Source: Escherichia phage vB_EcoM_C2-3. From it: DNA of 64,000 bases. The notes beneath the pieces are model-generated. The model was given only the letters and a program-made list of their open reading frames with translations. It made no database searches and was not told the DNA's origin. Both the position numbers and the translations under genes were made by a program. The first letter of the stretch is position 1. Every line of letters starts with the position of its first letter. Shown here one piece after another: positions 17,497-26,831 of this stretch. Location of the stretch: the sequence record OK076929.1, one strand, 5' to 3'.

Positions 17497-17756
17497 CAGT
17501 TTACGTAGATGTTTTAATGAATCATGGATGGAAACTTCGCGGTCATCCAACTAAAAATTGTCATATGTTCACTGATGGAGATATTGAAGAGCTTCACGAA
17601 ATGGCAGAAGCAATAGGAATGAAACGTTCTTGGTTTCAAGATAAACGCATTAAACATTATGACTTACACGCTCGGCGACGCCAAAAAGCTGTAGAACTTG
17701 GAGCTGTAGAAGTATCTCGTCGCGAAGCAGTAAAAATTTGGCAAACATTAAAATAA
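17493..17756 (+). CDS. hypothetical protein (87 aa)
   Basis: ORF track. Confidence 0.5.
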   Translation: MTVYVDVLMNHGWKLRGHPTKNCHMFTDGDIEELHEMAEAIGMKRSWFQDKRIKHYDLHARRRQKAVELGAVEVSRREAVKIWQTLK

Positions 17757-17759
17757 ATT

Positions 17760-17789
17760 GTTTACAGAAGGGTAGTAGTGTGATACTAT
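17760..17789 (+). promoter_or_regulatory. early promoter
   Basis: gtttac 17760-17765, tactat -10. Confidence 0.45.
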
Positions 17790-17825
17790 TACCCTATCAA
17801 AACAAATGTGAAATTGGAGAATAAA

Positions 17826-18794
17826 ATGAAAACTGTAACTATCAATAAGGGTATCTACTTCGGTAAAGAAATCTCTGGAACTTTTGAGCTCTTAGGCGAA
17901 TGGTTCCCAGATAATGCTCCGGTAGATGCACAAGGAGATGGTAAAGTTTTTGTTGAAATTGACGGTAAACGTCGCGGTGTTTGGGTTTACAAATCAGACA
18001 TTTCATATGATGGTGTAAAAGTTGAAGAAGTTAAAGAATCATATGAAGATATGAAAACCCGCATTAATAAAAGATTTAATGTTATGGGAATGATGACGAA
18101 TGGTATTATTAACGGAAACATTCGTTCATTAATTATCTCGGGAGCAGCAGGTATTGGTAAAACGTATTCTTTAGATAAAGCTTTAAATAAAGCAAATGAT
18201 ATTGGATACATTGAATATAAAAGCATTAACGGTAAAATCTCTGGTATCGGTCTTTATGAACAGCTCTGGAATAATCGTGAAGAGAATTCTGTCCTTTTGA
18301 TTGATGATGTGGATGTTTTCTCTGATATGGACATTCTTAATCTTCTGAAAGCTGCTCTGGACACTGGAGAGACCCGTAAAGTCTGCTGGAGCACTGCATC
18401 TTCTTACTTAGAAGAAAAAGGCATTGAGCGTGAGTTTGAATTTAAAGGAACGATTGTTTTTATCACAAACGTTGACATTGACCGCGAATTAGACCGTGGT
18501 ACTAAACTTGCTCCACATTTACAAGCATTAGTGTCCCGCTCGGTTTATTTGGATTTGGGTGTTCACACTAATGAAGAAATTATGGTCAGGGTTGAAGATG
18601 TTATTCTTTCAACTGACATGATGCAAAAGCGCGGTCTTTCTGATGAAGAAACTTATAAAGCATTATCATGGATGAAAGTCAATGTTAACCGTTTACGCAA
18701 TGTTTCACTGCGTACTGCACTTTATCTTGCTGACTTTATTATGACCGACAAAAACGGTTGGCAAGAAATCGCTGAGGTTACTCTTCTGAAATAA
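17826..18794 (+). CDS. P-loop ATPase (Walker A SGAAGIGKT, Walker B LLIDDVD)
   Basis: Start moved to ATG 17826 after GGAG; Walker A and B motifs in central domain. Confidence 0.55.
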   Translation: MKTVTINKGIYFGKEISGTFELLGEWFPDNAPVDAQGDGKVFVEIDGKRRGVWVYKSDISYDGVKVEEVKESYEDMKTRINKRFNVMGMMTNGIINGNIRSLIISGAAGIGKTYSLDKALNKANDIGYIEYKSINGKISGIGLYEQLWNNREENSVLLIDDVDVFSDMDILNLLKAALDTGETRKVCWSTASSYLEEKGIEREFEFKGTIVFITNVDIDRELDRGTKLAPHLQALVSRSVYLDLGVHTNEEIMVRVEDVILSTDMMQKRGLSDEETYKALSWMKVNVNRLRNVSLRTALYLADFIMTDKNGWQEIAEVTLLK

Positions 18795-18892
18795 TTCATA
18801 AGAGGACTTCTATGACAAAAAGGCAGTTCAGAAATAGATTATATGGACTGCCATTAAAAAGATGACTAGAATTAAACTGGTAAATGGAGGTA

Positions 18893-19198
18893 ATGATGTT
18901 ATACTCAAAGGCTCGTGAAATTTACGAAACTAAGATTAAAGAAGCTGTACTTCAATTCGCAACAACGATGCGATGGACAAATGATTGGGAGTATTCAAAA
19001 AATCATAAGAAGCCCATGGTGACAAGAAAGGCTCATATGTTAGTGTTAATAGACCGTGAGCAGATTAAAGCCCGAGAAGCCCTCCAGAATCATAAAAAGG
19101 CTGCCTTTGAATGGTTTATGGATAACACTGCTCCTGAAACTAAGAAAGCAGTGAGCGCATGGTTCAGTGGAAAAAATTGTGAAAGAAGTTTCTTTTAG
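18893..19198 (+). CDS. hypothetical protein (about 101 aa)
   Basis: Start moved to ATG after GGAGG SD. Confidence 0.5.
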   Translation: MMLYSKAREIYETKIKEAVLQFATTMRWTNDWEYSKNHKKPMVTRKAHMLVLIDREQIKAREALQNHKKAAFEWFMDNTAPETKKAVSAWFSGKNCERSFF

Positions 19199-19200
19199 TG

Positions 19201-19230
19201 GTTTACAAGACTGTTCCTCTGTGGTACTAT
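19201..19230 (+). promoter_or_regulatory. early promoter (repeat cassette)
   Basis: gtttacaagactgttcctctgtggtactatacaactatcaact identical to the 45896 copy. Confidence 0.55.
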
Positions 19231-19258
19231 ACAACTATCAACTACGGAGGAACACAAA

Positions 19259-19786
19259 ATGAACGCTAAAGATATTTTCAACCTGGTAAATTACAACGAT
19301 GGTAAATTTAAATCTGAAGCACAAAGCAAGTTCTTTAATGACATCTCAATCGGAGGTGAAATCACGGTTGATGGAGGACAAATTTACAAATCCCGTTGGA
19401 ATTGGATTGTTATTATCGATGAGATTGGTATTGTAGAAATTTACAAGAATACGAATAAAAATCGTACATTACACTGGTCTCGTGATACTAACGAACAGTA
19501 CAAAAAGGATAAAGCATCTAAGTTATCTCGTGTAACTCAAGAAGATATTGAGTTCATCAAGAAAGATATTTTGATGTATGATAACTTAATTGCTGAAGAG
19601 CAAGCTGTTATTGATAAATTTGATGAGATTAAAGCTTCTCGTGAAATTCCTGATTTTATGAAAGAATCAGTAAATGAACGATACTCTCTCATTTCAGAGC
19701 GTATTGAAACTTACAAAAAGCAAAGAGCTGAACGCCAGAATACTCTTCGGAAGTTTGAAGAACGGTTAAAGACGGTACTCGCATAA
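19259..19786 (+). CDS. hypothetical protein (175 aa)
   Basis: ORF track; GGAGG SD. Confidence 0.55.
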   Translation: MNAKDIFNLVNYNDGKFKSEAQSKFFNDISIGGEITVDGGQIYKSRWNWIVIIDEIGIVEIYKNTNKNRTLHWSRDTNEQYKKDKASKLSRVTQEDIEFIKKDILMYDNLIAEEQAVIDKFDEIKASREIPDFMKESVNERYSLISERIETYKKQRAERQNTLRKFEERLKTVLA

Positions 19787-19841
19787 CCGCTTTATACCAA
19801 GGATGGTATAATGGTTCTAAGCCCTTTTAATTGAGATTATT

Positions 19842-20249
19842 ATGAAACAGTTGATAATTAAAAGATTGAATTTATTGATATGTTGTTTATGTATAGCAAT
19901 TGCATATGGTTATTACGCAATTAATGATTATATGCATTATAAAGATTATGATGTTACTGTAGTTAATACCCTTACAGGAACTCAAGGAAAGGGGTCTAGT
20001 TTATCGTTTATTGCCGTATATGAACTCAAAGACGGTTATAGATTTAGTGAATATATTTCACCAGAGATGTATTCATCAATAGAAAAAGGCGATAATATTA
20101 CTGTAAGTTTACGTCCTTTCGACGTAAAACAGACATTGTTTGATAATATTGTTTGGTTCTTTGGAATGGTATTAGTTCAATCTGTGTGTGGTGCTTATAT
20201 AGTCTGTTCCATCTTATTCTGTATATTTAGTAAAATTGAAATTGAGTGA
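19842..20249 (+). CDS. hypothetical membrane protein (135 aa)
   Basis: N- and C-terminal hydrophobic helices. Confidence 0.5.
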   Translation: MKQLIIKRLNLLICCLCIAIAYGYYAINDYMHYKDYDVTVVNTLTGTQGKGSSLSFIAVYELKDGYRFSEYISPEMYSSIEKGDNITVSLRPFDVKQTLFDNIVWFFGMVLVQSVCGAYIVCSILFCIFSKIEIE

Positions 20250-20256
20250 GGAAAAT

Positions 20257-21144
20257 ATGTCAGTAGTAATTAATAATGTCAATGCAGTAATTAAATCTTT
20301 AGTTAATAAAAAATTAAATGAATGGACTGTACTTCGTCGTGGAGAGCCAGATAAATTTTTTCATAGATTTAACCCAACTTTGGATTTGAATGTTATTGAC
20401 AGAGATGTTCATGCTGAAATTTTAGATAAATTTAAAGTTGATATTGGGTTTGGGTTAGATAAACATTTGCAACGAACAAACGGATCTGGAATGGGTTTAT
20501 CTAATCGCATCATGAAAGCCCTTAATAAAATTGGAGCGTTGTCTCGTATTAATGCGAGTGAAATCCTTCGCAATTATAATAAAGGATATGACCTTTATGG
20601 TCGACTAATGCCGAAATTATCATTTGACCAAATGATTGCGGATTTGTGGGAAAATCAACGACGATTATTAGCATTAGGCGCTCGATTAGCTAAAGGTCTA
20701 GATAAACAAATGATTTTTAAGACCAATAATACAGAAGACCTTAAATGCTTTAAATTTAGTACTCGTGGAGATGATTATTACATCAGAGCTCGCTCTACAG
20801 ATTATGTTAATATGGGGCATCATCTCTGTTTAGCTTTTGAAGTTTTAAAAGAAGCCGGAACATTAGAATATGTGTCTGGTGCTAAATGTCCGATTGGTTC
20901 AAATTGCATTTTAATTTATCGCCCAGATGAATCCAGTTCAACTAAATTACCTACAAAACCTGTACCAGTTCGCAGTAATGAAAAACATTCTGAACAAATT
21001 GCTTATTTTAATAAGCAGATTGAAGAGCTAAATATTTCTATTCAGCAATATGATGATGAAATTTTCAGACTATCTGGATTGAGTAGTAAAGCTAAATCTG
21101 AGCGTGAAAAATTAATTAAAATTGTCGATTTACTTAAATCTTAA
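20257..21144 (+). CDS. hypothetical protein with C-terminal coiled coil (about 295 aa)
   Basis: Start moved to ATG after GAGGAAAA; first of four consecutive coiled-coil-tailed ORFs. Confidence 0.5.
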   Translation: MSVVINNVNAVIKSLVNKKLNEWTVLRRGEPDKFFHRFNPTLDLNVIDRDVHAEILDKFKVDIGFGLDKHLQRTNGSGMGLSNRIMKALNKIGALSRINASEILRNYNKGYDLYGRLMPKLSFDQMIADLWENQRRLLALGARLAKGLDKQMIFKTNNTEDLKCFKFSTRGDDYYIRARSTDYVNMGHHLCLAFEVLKEAGTLEYVSGAKCPIGSNCILIYRPDESSSTKLPTKPVPVRSNEKHSEQIAYFNKQIEELNISIQQYDDEIFRLSGLSSKAKSEREKLIKIVDLLKS

Positions 21145-21152
21145 GGAACACC

Positions 21153-22175
21153 ATGAAAACTCGTTCTCAAATTGAAGATATGGTTCGTAATGCCAGCTAT
21201 ACTCGTGATGTTATGACATTTTTGTGTGAAAATAATTTAGACCCTGATAAAGTTAATCGTGTTATTCATCACTTTAAGTATACGAATAGCAGCGAATGGG
21301 TGCGTAATTTTAGTAAAGCAGGGTATATTACACAAATGACTGCTCGTGAACAGCTCACCGATTTCTGTAAAACTATTGATTATAAAAATCCTTTGATTGT
21401 TCAAGGCGTTGGTCAAAGTAAGGTTGATTTATCATCTGGATTTTTCAATCCAAATCATTATCGTATTGAATGGAGATTTATTGCTCTGTTCCGTAGACAA
21501 TTAAAGCAAATTTTGTCTACTGCTAGTCGATTAAAAGGCTCTGATATTAACTTAAAGAATCTGAAATTTGATGGTTATACTCTTCAGATGGAAGTAAGAC
21601 CGTTAAAAGAAAATAATAGAACTGCACGAATTAGCTTTAAGCCTAATACTAAAAATTCTCTTTCAATTTGTGAATGTCTTAAATCACAGCTGACAGAAGC
21701 ATTTAAGTATATGGATGTTGTTGCTGCTGTTCAATCTAAGATTTTACCTCGTTTTGAGCGAAATTGGGAACATACAACAACATATGAACTTGATATGATC
21801 GTTTCATTTAAATACGATTTTTTGAGAAAGGACGAAGTCCCGCAAGAGAAAAAGCAGGAAGTGCAAGATATCTTAAATTTATCCAATTACTCATCAAACG
21901 ATCCTAAATTTTGGATGTATAGCTCAAGCAATATAGATGCATGTAAACTTAATAAAGTGAGTTTTCTTCCTACTGAAAATTCAAATTTTAAACCTGTAGA
22001 AAAATGGCACGCTGACGCGATTGAGAAGTCTCTTAAGGCAGTAGATGATGAACTCGTTAAAGCGACCAATGAAGTGCTAGAAGCTGAAAAGGCGTTAGAA
22101 CAAGCTCAGTCAAGGGTTCAAAATCTGACAAAGCAACGTTCTAAACTGAACAATGCACTAAATGCACTGAACTAG
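21153..22175 (+). CDS. hypothetical protein with C-terminal coiled coil (340 aa)
   Basis: ORF track; C-terminal heptad-rich tail. Confidence 0.55.
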   Translation: MKTRSQIEDMVRNASYTRDVMTFLCENNLDPDKVNRVIHHFKYTNSSEWVRNFSKAGYITQMTAREQLTDFCKTIDYKNPLIVQGVGQSKVDLSSGFFNPNHYRIEWRFIALFRRQLKQILSTASRLKGSDINLKNLKFDGYTLQMEVRPLKENNRTARISFKPNTKNSLSICECLKSQLTEAFKYMDVVAAVQSKILPRFERNWEHTTTYELDMIVSFKYDFLRKDEVPQEKKQEVQDILNLSNYSSNDPKFWMYSSSNIDACKLNKVSFLPTENSNFKPVEKWHADAIEKSLKAVDDELVKATNEVLEAEKALEQAQSRVQNLTKQRSKLNNALNALN

Positions 22176-22204
22176 TTTACTTTGCCACAAGGATGTGGTA
22201 TAAT
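22175..22204 (+). promoter_or_regulatory. early promoter
   Basis: gtttac 22175-22180, 18 bp, tataat 22199-22204. Confidence 0.5.
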
Positions 22205-22232
22205 GTTTTTACTTTCTACTGAGGAGATTATT

Positions 22233-23234
22233 ATGACTCGTAACGAATATATCAAATCATTCAATAGCGTTATTGATGATAAAGCTATACCGATGTTTGG
22301 CCAAAATAGCGTTCTTTCTATTATCAATCAATGGCTCAATAGTGTTGATGCAAGTATTGTTTCTTCTACTAAATTTATTCATGAAATTCGTAAAATTTCT
22401 AGCCGTGTAGATAAAGATGTTATCAAGAAAACCTTTAAAGAGTCTCGTCTTCTTTCATATTTGGTTAATCGGGATATTCTTGGTAATTTTGGGAAAGAAA
22501 TTAAACGAACCAAAGATGTAGTAGGATATAATTGGTTCGGTGATGTTAATTCTTATCATCTTAATAATAAAGAAGACCCTGAGAATATTTTTACTCGTCG
22601 TTGGATTAGTAATTTTAGACTTTTCAAAGGACAGATTCTAAAATCAGCTTCTAAATTATGTTATGGCGATTATCGTCAAATTCATCCTTTGGCTTCTGAT
22701 ATGATTATCATAAAAGAATATGAACTTGATAAAAATAAAGTATCTATTTTTGTGAATTATGGATTTTTTACACCAGAAACTAACCAAAAGAATATTAATA
22801 AATTTTTCTCAATTGCTAGCACTATAACTCGTCAATTAGAGACCGCATTACTTTGTATGGAAACAGTAGAAAATATTCATACATATCCTTTTAAGAATAT
22901 ATGCGGTTGGGAAGGATATAAACTCGTAATTAGCCTTCGTGAAGTGAAATGTGCTTATTCACCTACTGATAAAGAAATTTACCAACAAAAATGTGATGAA
23001 ATTGTGAATACTCCTAAAGAAGAAACTACCCTTGAGGAACTAATGGAATGTCTTGATGATTCACCTGAACCGATAGAAATTCGTCCAGAAGTTATTGCAC
23101 TAGAAAAAGCTTATAAAGAAGTTCTAGAAATTTCTAATAAAGCGCAGAAAGAATATGAGCAGGCTAAAAGGATTTGGGAAGAATCTGTTAATCGTCTTGA
23201 TCGTCTGGAACAAGCTTTACAGTTAATTAAGTAA
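22233..23234 (+). CDS. hypothetical protein with C-terminal coiled coil (about 333 aa)
   Basis: Start moved to ATG 22233 after GAGGAG and downstream of promoter. Confidence 0.5.
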   Translation: MTRNEYIKSFNSVIDDKAIPMFGQNSVLSIINQWLNSVDASIVSSTKFIHEIRKISSRVDKDVIKKTFKESRLLSYLVNRDILGNFGKEIKRTKDVVGYNWFGDVNSYHLNNKEDPENIFTRRWISNFRLFKGQILKSASKLCYGDYRQIHPLASDMIIIKEYELDKNKVSIFVNYGFFTPETNQKNINKFFSIASTITRQLETALLCMETVENIHTYPFKNICGWEGYKLVISLREVKCAYSPTDKEIYQQKCDEIVNTPKEETTLEELMECLDDSPEPIEIRPEVIALEKAYKEVLEISNKAQKEYEQAKRIWEESVNRLDRLEQALQLIK

Positions 23235-23286
23235 TTTAAAGCCAAGGATGGCTCGGAGTATAAATCATTAACCAAGTGAGAAGAAC

Positions 23287-24213
23287 ATGAAAACTCGTAA
23301 ACATTATATTGATTATTTTGACAGTCTTATTACTAAACATCGTAATTATCAAATCGGACACAGAGCAGTAATCAATAATATTCTTCGTGATTTTTTAGAC
23401 TATATTGGATGGGAAAACCATATTTGTAAAGATACACAAAATGCGTATTCACATTCTCTTGGTTCTTTGCTCGAGTGGTTCAAACGTTCCCGATTACTAT
23501 CTTCTGTGATAGCTGTTAATAATGTTAAAAAATTTATGTATCCAAGCTACATTAAGACTAATGTATCAAATGCTAGTGTTGTTACATTTAATATTATTAA
23601 CGACGTGAAAAGAACTTATTTAGAAGAATGGTTTTCTAAAGATAGTAAAGAAAAATTTGCTAGTGAATTTTCACACGAATTCAATAATAACGTGAATATG
23701 CTTTTTAAGCATTCTCGTAGACTGTTTTGTCATGGTGATAACCGTACTATTAATGTGAATGTAAAAGACTGGGTTACGGCTAAATTCACTCCATCGTCCC
23801 AGAATGGACAATTTGAATTGTCAATTATCGTTTGCGCTCCGCATGAGATATATAAAAATCTTCCGTATATGAAACCACGCGAAGCTAATAAACACAATGA
23901 AACTATTAGTTCTTTGGCTTATAATTTGCGCGTGTTATTATCTGATATGGATGTAGTCAAATCCTTTGATGATAATACGAATTATGGTCTTTCACTGTTT
24001 GAAACTAAATTTGTTATTAAATTAAAGGACCCTAGTGAATTTAAACCTACACCAAAATCCAATCATGGAAATGATACTATGAAAGAAGAACGCGAATATC
24101 TCAGTGCCCGTTTGATTGAAGTTGAAAAACAGATTGAAGAGCATACTAAAGTTCTTAAGGCTTTAACCGCCAAAGCAAATGGTTTACGTAATGCTATTGA
24201 GGTATTGAAATGA
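23287..24213 (+). CDS. hypothetical protein with C-terminal coiled coil (308 aa)
   Basis: ORF track; N-terminus MKTR as in 21153 ORF. Confidence 0.55.
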   Translation: MKTRKHYIDYFDSLITKHRNYQIGHRAVINNILRDFLDYIGWENHICKDTQNAYSHSLGSLLEWFKRSRLLSSVIAVNNVKKFMYPSYIKTNVSNASVVTFNIINDVKRTYLEEWFSKDSKEKFASEFSHEFNNNVNMLFKHSRRLFCHGDNRTINVNVKDWVTAKFTPSSQNGQFELSIIVCAPHEIYKNLPYMKPREANKHNETISSLAYNLRVLLSDMDVVKSFDDNTNYGLSLFETKFVIKLKDPSEFKPTPKSNHGNDTMKEEREYLSARLIEVEKQIEEHTKVLKALTAKANGLRNAIEVLK

Positions 24214-24599
24214 AAAAGCGTTTATTAGAAGACATTGCAGCTTCAAGTAATTCCAGTTTAATTAAAATTATTATGGCTGGTGAGGAAGATGATATGGAAA
24301 TGCGTGGAAAGATTCACGGCTGCGACGATTTAGATTTTAAACCTCCAGCATGGGATGCTATTATGGCTATGGTTGAACGACGTGAAAGAGCTTCTAAAAA
24401 CGTTCCTAATTGCCCTGAATGCGGTACTGAACAAGTTCAATTGATTAACTGGCGTAAACCAGAGCTTGAATATAAATGCCGTCAATGTAAACATAAATTC
24501 AGTAAGCATGCTCCGGAAATGGTTAAATTGCCTGACTCTACTGAGTTCTTTAAAGAACTTGTGAGTGTTCAACCAATGCCTAATAATATTTTGGATTAA
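24210..24599 (+). CDS. hypothetical zinc-ribbon protein (129 aa)
   Basis: CPECG ... CRQCKHKF four-cysteine motif. Confidence 0.5.
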   Translation: MKKRLLEDIAASSNSSLIKIIMAGEEDDMEMRGKIHGCDDLDFKPPAWDAIMAMVERRERASKNVPNCPECGTEQVQLINWRKPELEYKCRQCKHKFSKHAPEMVKLPDSTEFFKELVSVQPMPNNILD

Positions 24600-24601
24600 A
24601 A

Positions 24602-24844
24602 ATGACCAAGCGTAAAGAATATATGGAGGCTGCTGAAAAGGCAGTCCGTGAATTAGCAATAGCTTATTATAATGAACACGGTAAATTTCCTGATAGATAC
24701 AGCGTGCTTAAATCTGCTTTAACTCGTTCATATAAAAATATGCTATCAGAAGTAAGTGATATTATATACAAACATAAAGAACAAACGGGCCAAAGTCTTG
24801 ATTACGACGAGACTTTTAAACAAGTACTAGGAATTAAGGAATAA
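24602..24844 (+). CDS. hypothetical protein (80 aa)
   Basis: ORF track. Confidence 0.5.
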   Translation: MTKRKEYMEAAEKAVRELAIAYYNEHGKFPDRYSVLKSALTRSYKNMLSEVSDIIYKHKEQTGQSLDYDETFKQVLGIKE

Positions 24845-24845
24845 T

Positions 24846-25109
24846 ATGTTTAAAGTATATGGTTATGATAGCAACATCCACAAATGCGTGTATTGCGATA
24901 ATGCAAAACGTCTTTTGACCGTGAAGAAACAGCCGTTTGAATTTATCAACATTATGCCGGAAAAAGGTGTTTTTGATGATGAGAAAATCGCTGAGCTTCT
25001 GACTAAACTAGGTCGTGATACTCAAATCGGCTTAACAATGCCTCAGGTATTTGCTCCTGATGGAAGTCATATTGGTGGATTTGACCAACTGCGAGAATAT
25101 TTTAAATGA
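24846..25109 (+). CDS. nrdC: thioredoxin/glutaredoxin NrdC
   Basis: 87 aa, CVYC redox motif, recognised as T4 NrdC. Confidence 0.85.
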   Translation: MFKVYGYDSNIHKCVYCDNAKRLLTVKKQPFEFINIMPEKGVFDDEKIAELLTKLGRDTQIGLTMPQVFAPDGSHIGGFDQLREYFK

Positions 25110-25321
25110 TGCTCGAAGGAACTGACTATATTCATGATTACCGCGGAAGCGCGGTATATGTAGGTGATGAAGTTGCAGTTTATTATGGGTATGGAACTTT
25201 GATGACAGCCAAGGTTATTCAAATTAAAAATAATCGTGCTAAACTCGAAGTTTATTATTCTAATGGTGAAAAGTCTATTTCTAAGTGGAAATACGGCGAT
25301 TGCATGGTCAAACTGGGGTAA
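25106..25321 (+). CDS. hypothetical protein (71 aa)
   Basis: ORF track; ATGA overlap. Confidence 0.5.
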   Translation: MMLEGTDYIHDYRGSAVYVGDEVAVYYGYGTLMTAKVIQIKNNRAKLEVYYSNGEKSISKWKYGDCMVKLG

Positions 25322-25323
25322 AT

Positions 25324-25494
25324 ATGATATACGATATTAGTGCAGCAAGAGCTCCATCAATGGTTACTATTCCTGTTGAAGAATTAGATCGTCTTCATAA
25401 AATTGAAGAACTTCTTTGGGAAATTGAATGTGACCTGCCATCAGGATTAGAATCCTGGATTGATTATGAAGAACTTAATAAGCTTCGGGGTTAA
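25324..25494 (+). CDS. hypothetical protein (about 56 aa)
   Basis: Start moved to ATG 25324. Confidence 0.4.
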   Translation: MIYDISAARAPSMVTIPVEELDRLHKIEELLWEIECDLPSGLESWIDYEELNKLRG

Positions 25495-25546
25495 ACCTTG
25501 GTGGGCGGCTAGATGGGAAACTGTAGAGCCAGAGCCGGAAGAACCG

Positions 25547-25576
25547 GTTTACACTGATGAAGAAACAGTATATAAT
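25547..25576 (+). promoter_or_regulatory. early promoter
   Basis: gtttac 25547-25552, 18 bp, tataat 25571-25576. Confidence 0.5.
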
Positions 25577-25616
25577 GAACCTACAATAAATGACTTAATT
25601 GATATGGAGATGGGAC

Positions 25617-26102
25617 ATGATTACAGTAGATAAGTGGTTTAGAATTAATCGTGTTGATACAGGGCTATGTAATTACTGGCCGGAACTTAGTGCAGGTACT
25701 GTCTTTAAAGTTCGTGAACTTGCAAAAGAATGCGAAGATGATATAGAACCTGATACTGGAATTATTGAAATTGAACTTTCCGACGGAAAGATTATTAACA
25801 TCTATGATAAGCCAATTACATACTGGTGTTTGTGGAATACTGAATCCGTTGAAAATGGCGAAATTGAAGAAGTTGTAGAGCGAACTAATCAAGTTGTTCA
25901 GAAGCCTAAAGCCGATTTTCAAGGTGAACGTATTTCATACGCATTAGCTAAATTAGCTGCACAAGAAAATAACGATGGCTATGAAGGTAACCTGATGCAA
26001 GCTGCCGCAGAGTACATTGAATGGCTTGAAACTCAAATTTCTTTTTCTGACCAAAAGATTCGGCAATATAAGCGATTGCATCAAATGTTTTATAATACTT
26101 GA
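25617..26102 (+). CDS. pin: protease inhibitor Pin-like protein (161 aa)
   Basis: 161 aa and position between nrdC and gene 49 match T4 pin; assignment by position and length only. Confidence 0.45.
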   Translation: MITVDKWFRINRVDTGLCNYWPELSAGTVFKVRELAKECEDDIEPDTGIIEIELSDGKIINIYDKPITYWCLWNTESVENGEIEEVVERTNQVVQKPKADFQGERISYALAKLAAQENNDGYEGNLMQAAAEYIEWLETQISFSDQKIRQYKRLHQMFYNT

Positions 26103-26138
26103 AAAAACTCAAAATTCTTTTTCTGACAGGACATTTTA

Positions 26139-26315
26139 ATGAAAACCGAATTGGTTTATACTGAAAAGTTAAATGGCGGTAAGGTTTGGAAACTTTTTAT
26201 TAAAGGACATTCTACGGACCCTCATATGACCACTTGCGTAGGAACCTATTCTCGTCCTACTAAAAAGATGATTCGACAGTATAAACGATTGCATCGAATG
26301 TTTTACAATACTTAA
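26139..26315 (+). CDS. hypothetical small protein (58 aa) sharing C-terminal 14 aa with upstream ORF
   Basis: C-terminus IRQYKRLHRMFYNT duplicates IRQYKRLHQMFYNT of 25617 ORF; about 44-bp direct repeat. Confidence 0.4.
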   Translation: MKTELVYTEKLNGGKVWKLFIKGHSTDPHMTTCVGTYSRPTKKMIRQYKRLHRMFYNT

Positions 26316-26326
26316 AAATAATAAAT

Positions 26327-26351
26327 ACCCTTATCTATTTAAGGTAAGGGT
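26327..26351 (+). promoter_or_regulatory. RBS-sequestering hairpin upstream of gene 49
   Basis: accctta / taagggt inverted repeat with AAGG SD in loop/arm, 7 nt before ATG 26358. Confidence 0.4.
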
Positions 26352-26357
26352 TTTATT

Positions 26358-26831
26358 ATGTTATTGACTGGCAAATTATACAAAGAAGAAAAACAAAAAT
26401 TTTATAATGCACAAAACGGTAAATGCTTAATTTGCCAACGAGAACTAAATCCTGATGTTCAAGCTAATCACCTCGACCATGACCATGAATTAAATGGACC
26501 AAAAGCAGGAAAGGTACGTGGATTGCTTTGTAATCTATGCAATGCCGCAGAAGGTCAAATGAAGCATAAATTTAATCGTTCTGGCTTAAAGGGACAAGGT
26601 GTTGATTATCTTGAATGGTTAGAAAATTTACTTACTTATTTAAAATCCGATTACACCCAAAATAATATTCACCCTAACTTTGTTGGAGATAAATCAAAGG
26701 AATTTTCTCGTTTAGGAAAAGAGGAAATGATGGCCGAGATGCTTCAAAGAGGATTTGAATATAATGAATCTGACACTAAAACACAATTAATAGCTTCATT
26801 TAAGAAGCAGCTTAGAAAGAGTTTAAAATGA
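26358..26831 (+). CDS. 49: endonuclease VII (Holliday junction resolvase)
   Basis: 157 aa, recognised as T4 gp49; Cys-rich zinc site CLICQ ... HDHE. Confidence 0.9.
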   Translation: MLLTGKLYKEEKQKFYNAQNGKCLICQRELNPDVQANHLDHDHELNGPKAGKVRGLLCNLCNAAEGQMKHKFNRSGLKGQGVDYLEWLENLLTYLKSDYTQNNIHPNFVGDKSKEFSRLGKEEMMAEMLQRGFEYNESDTKTQLIASFKKQLRKSLK

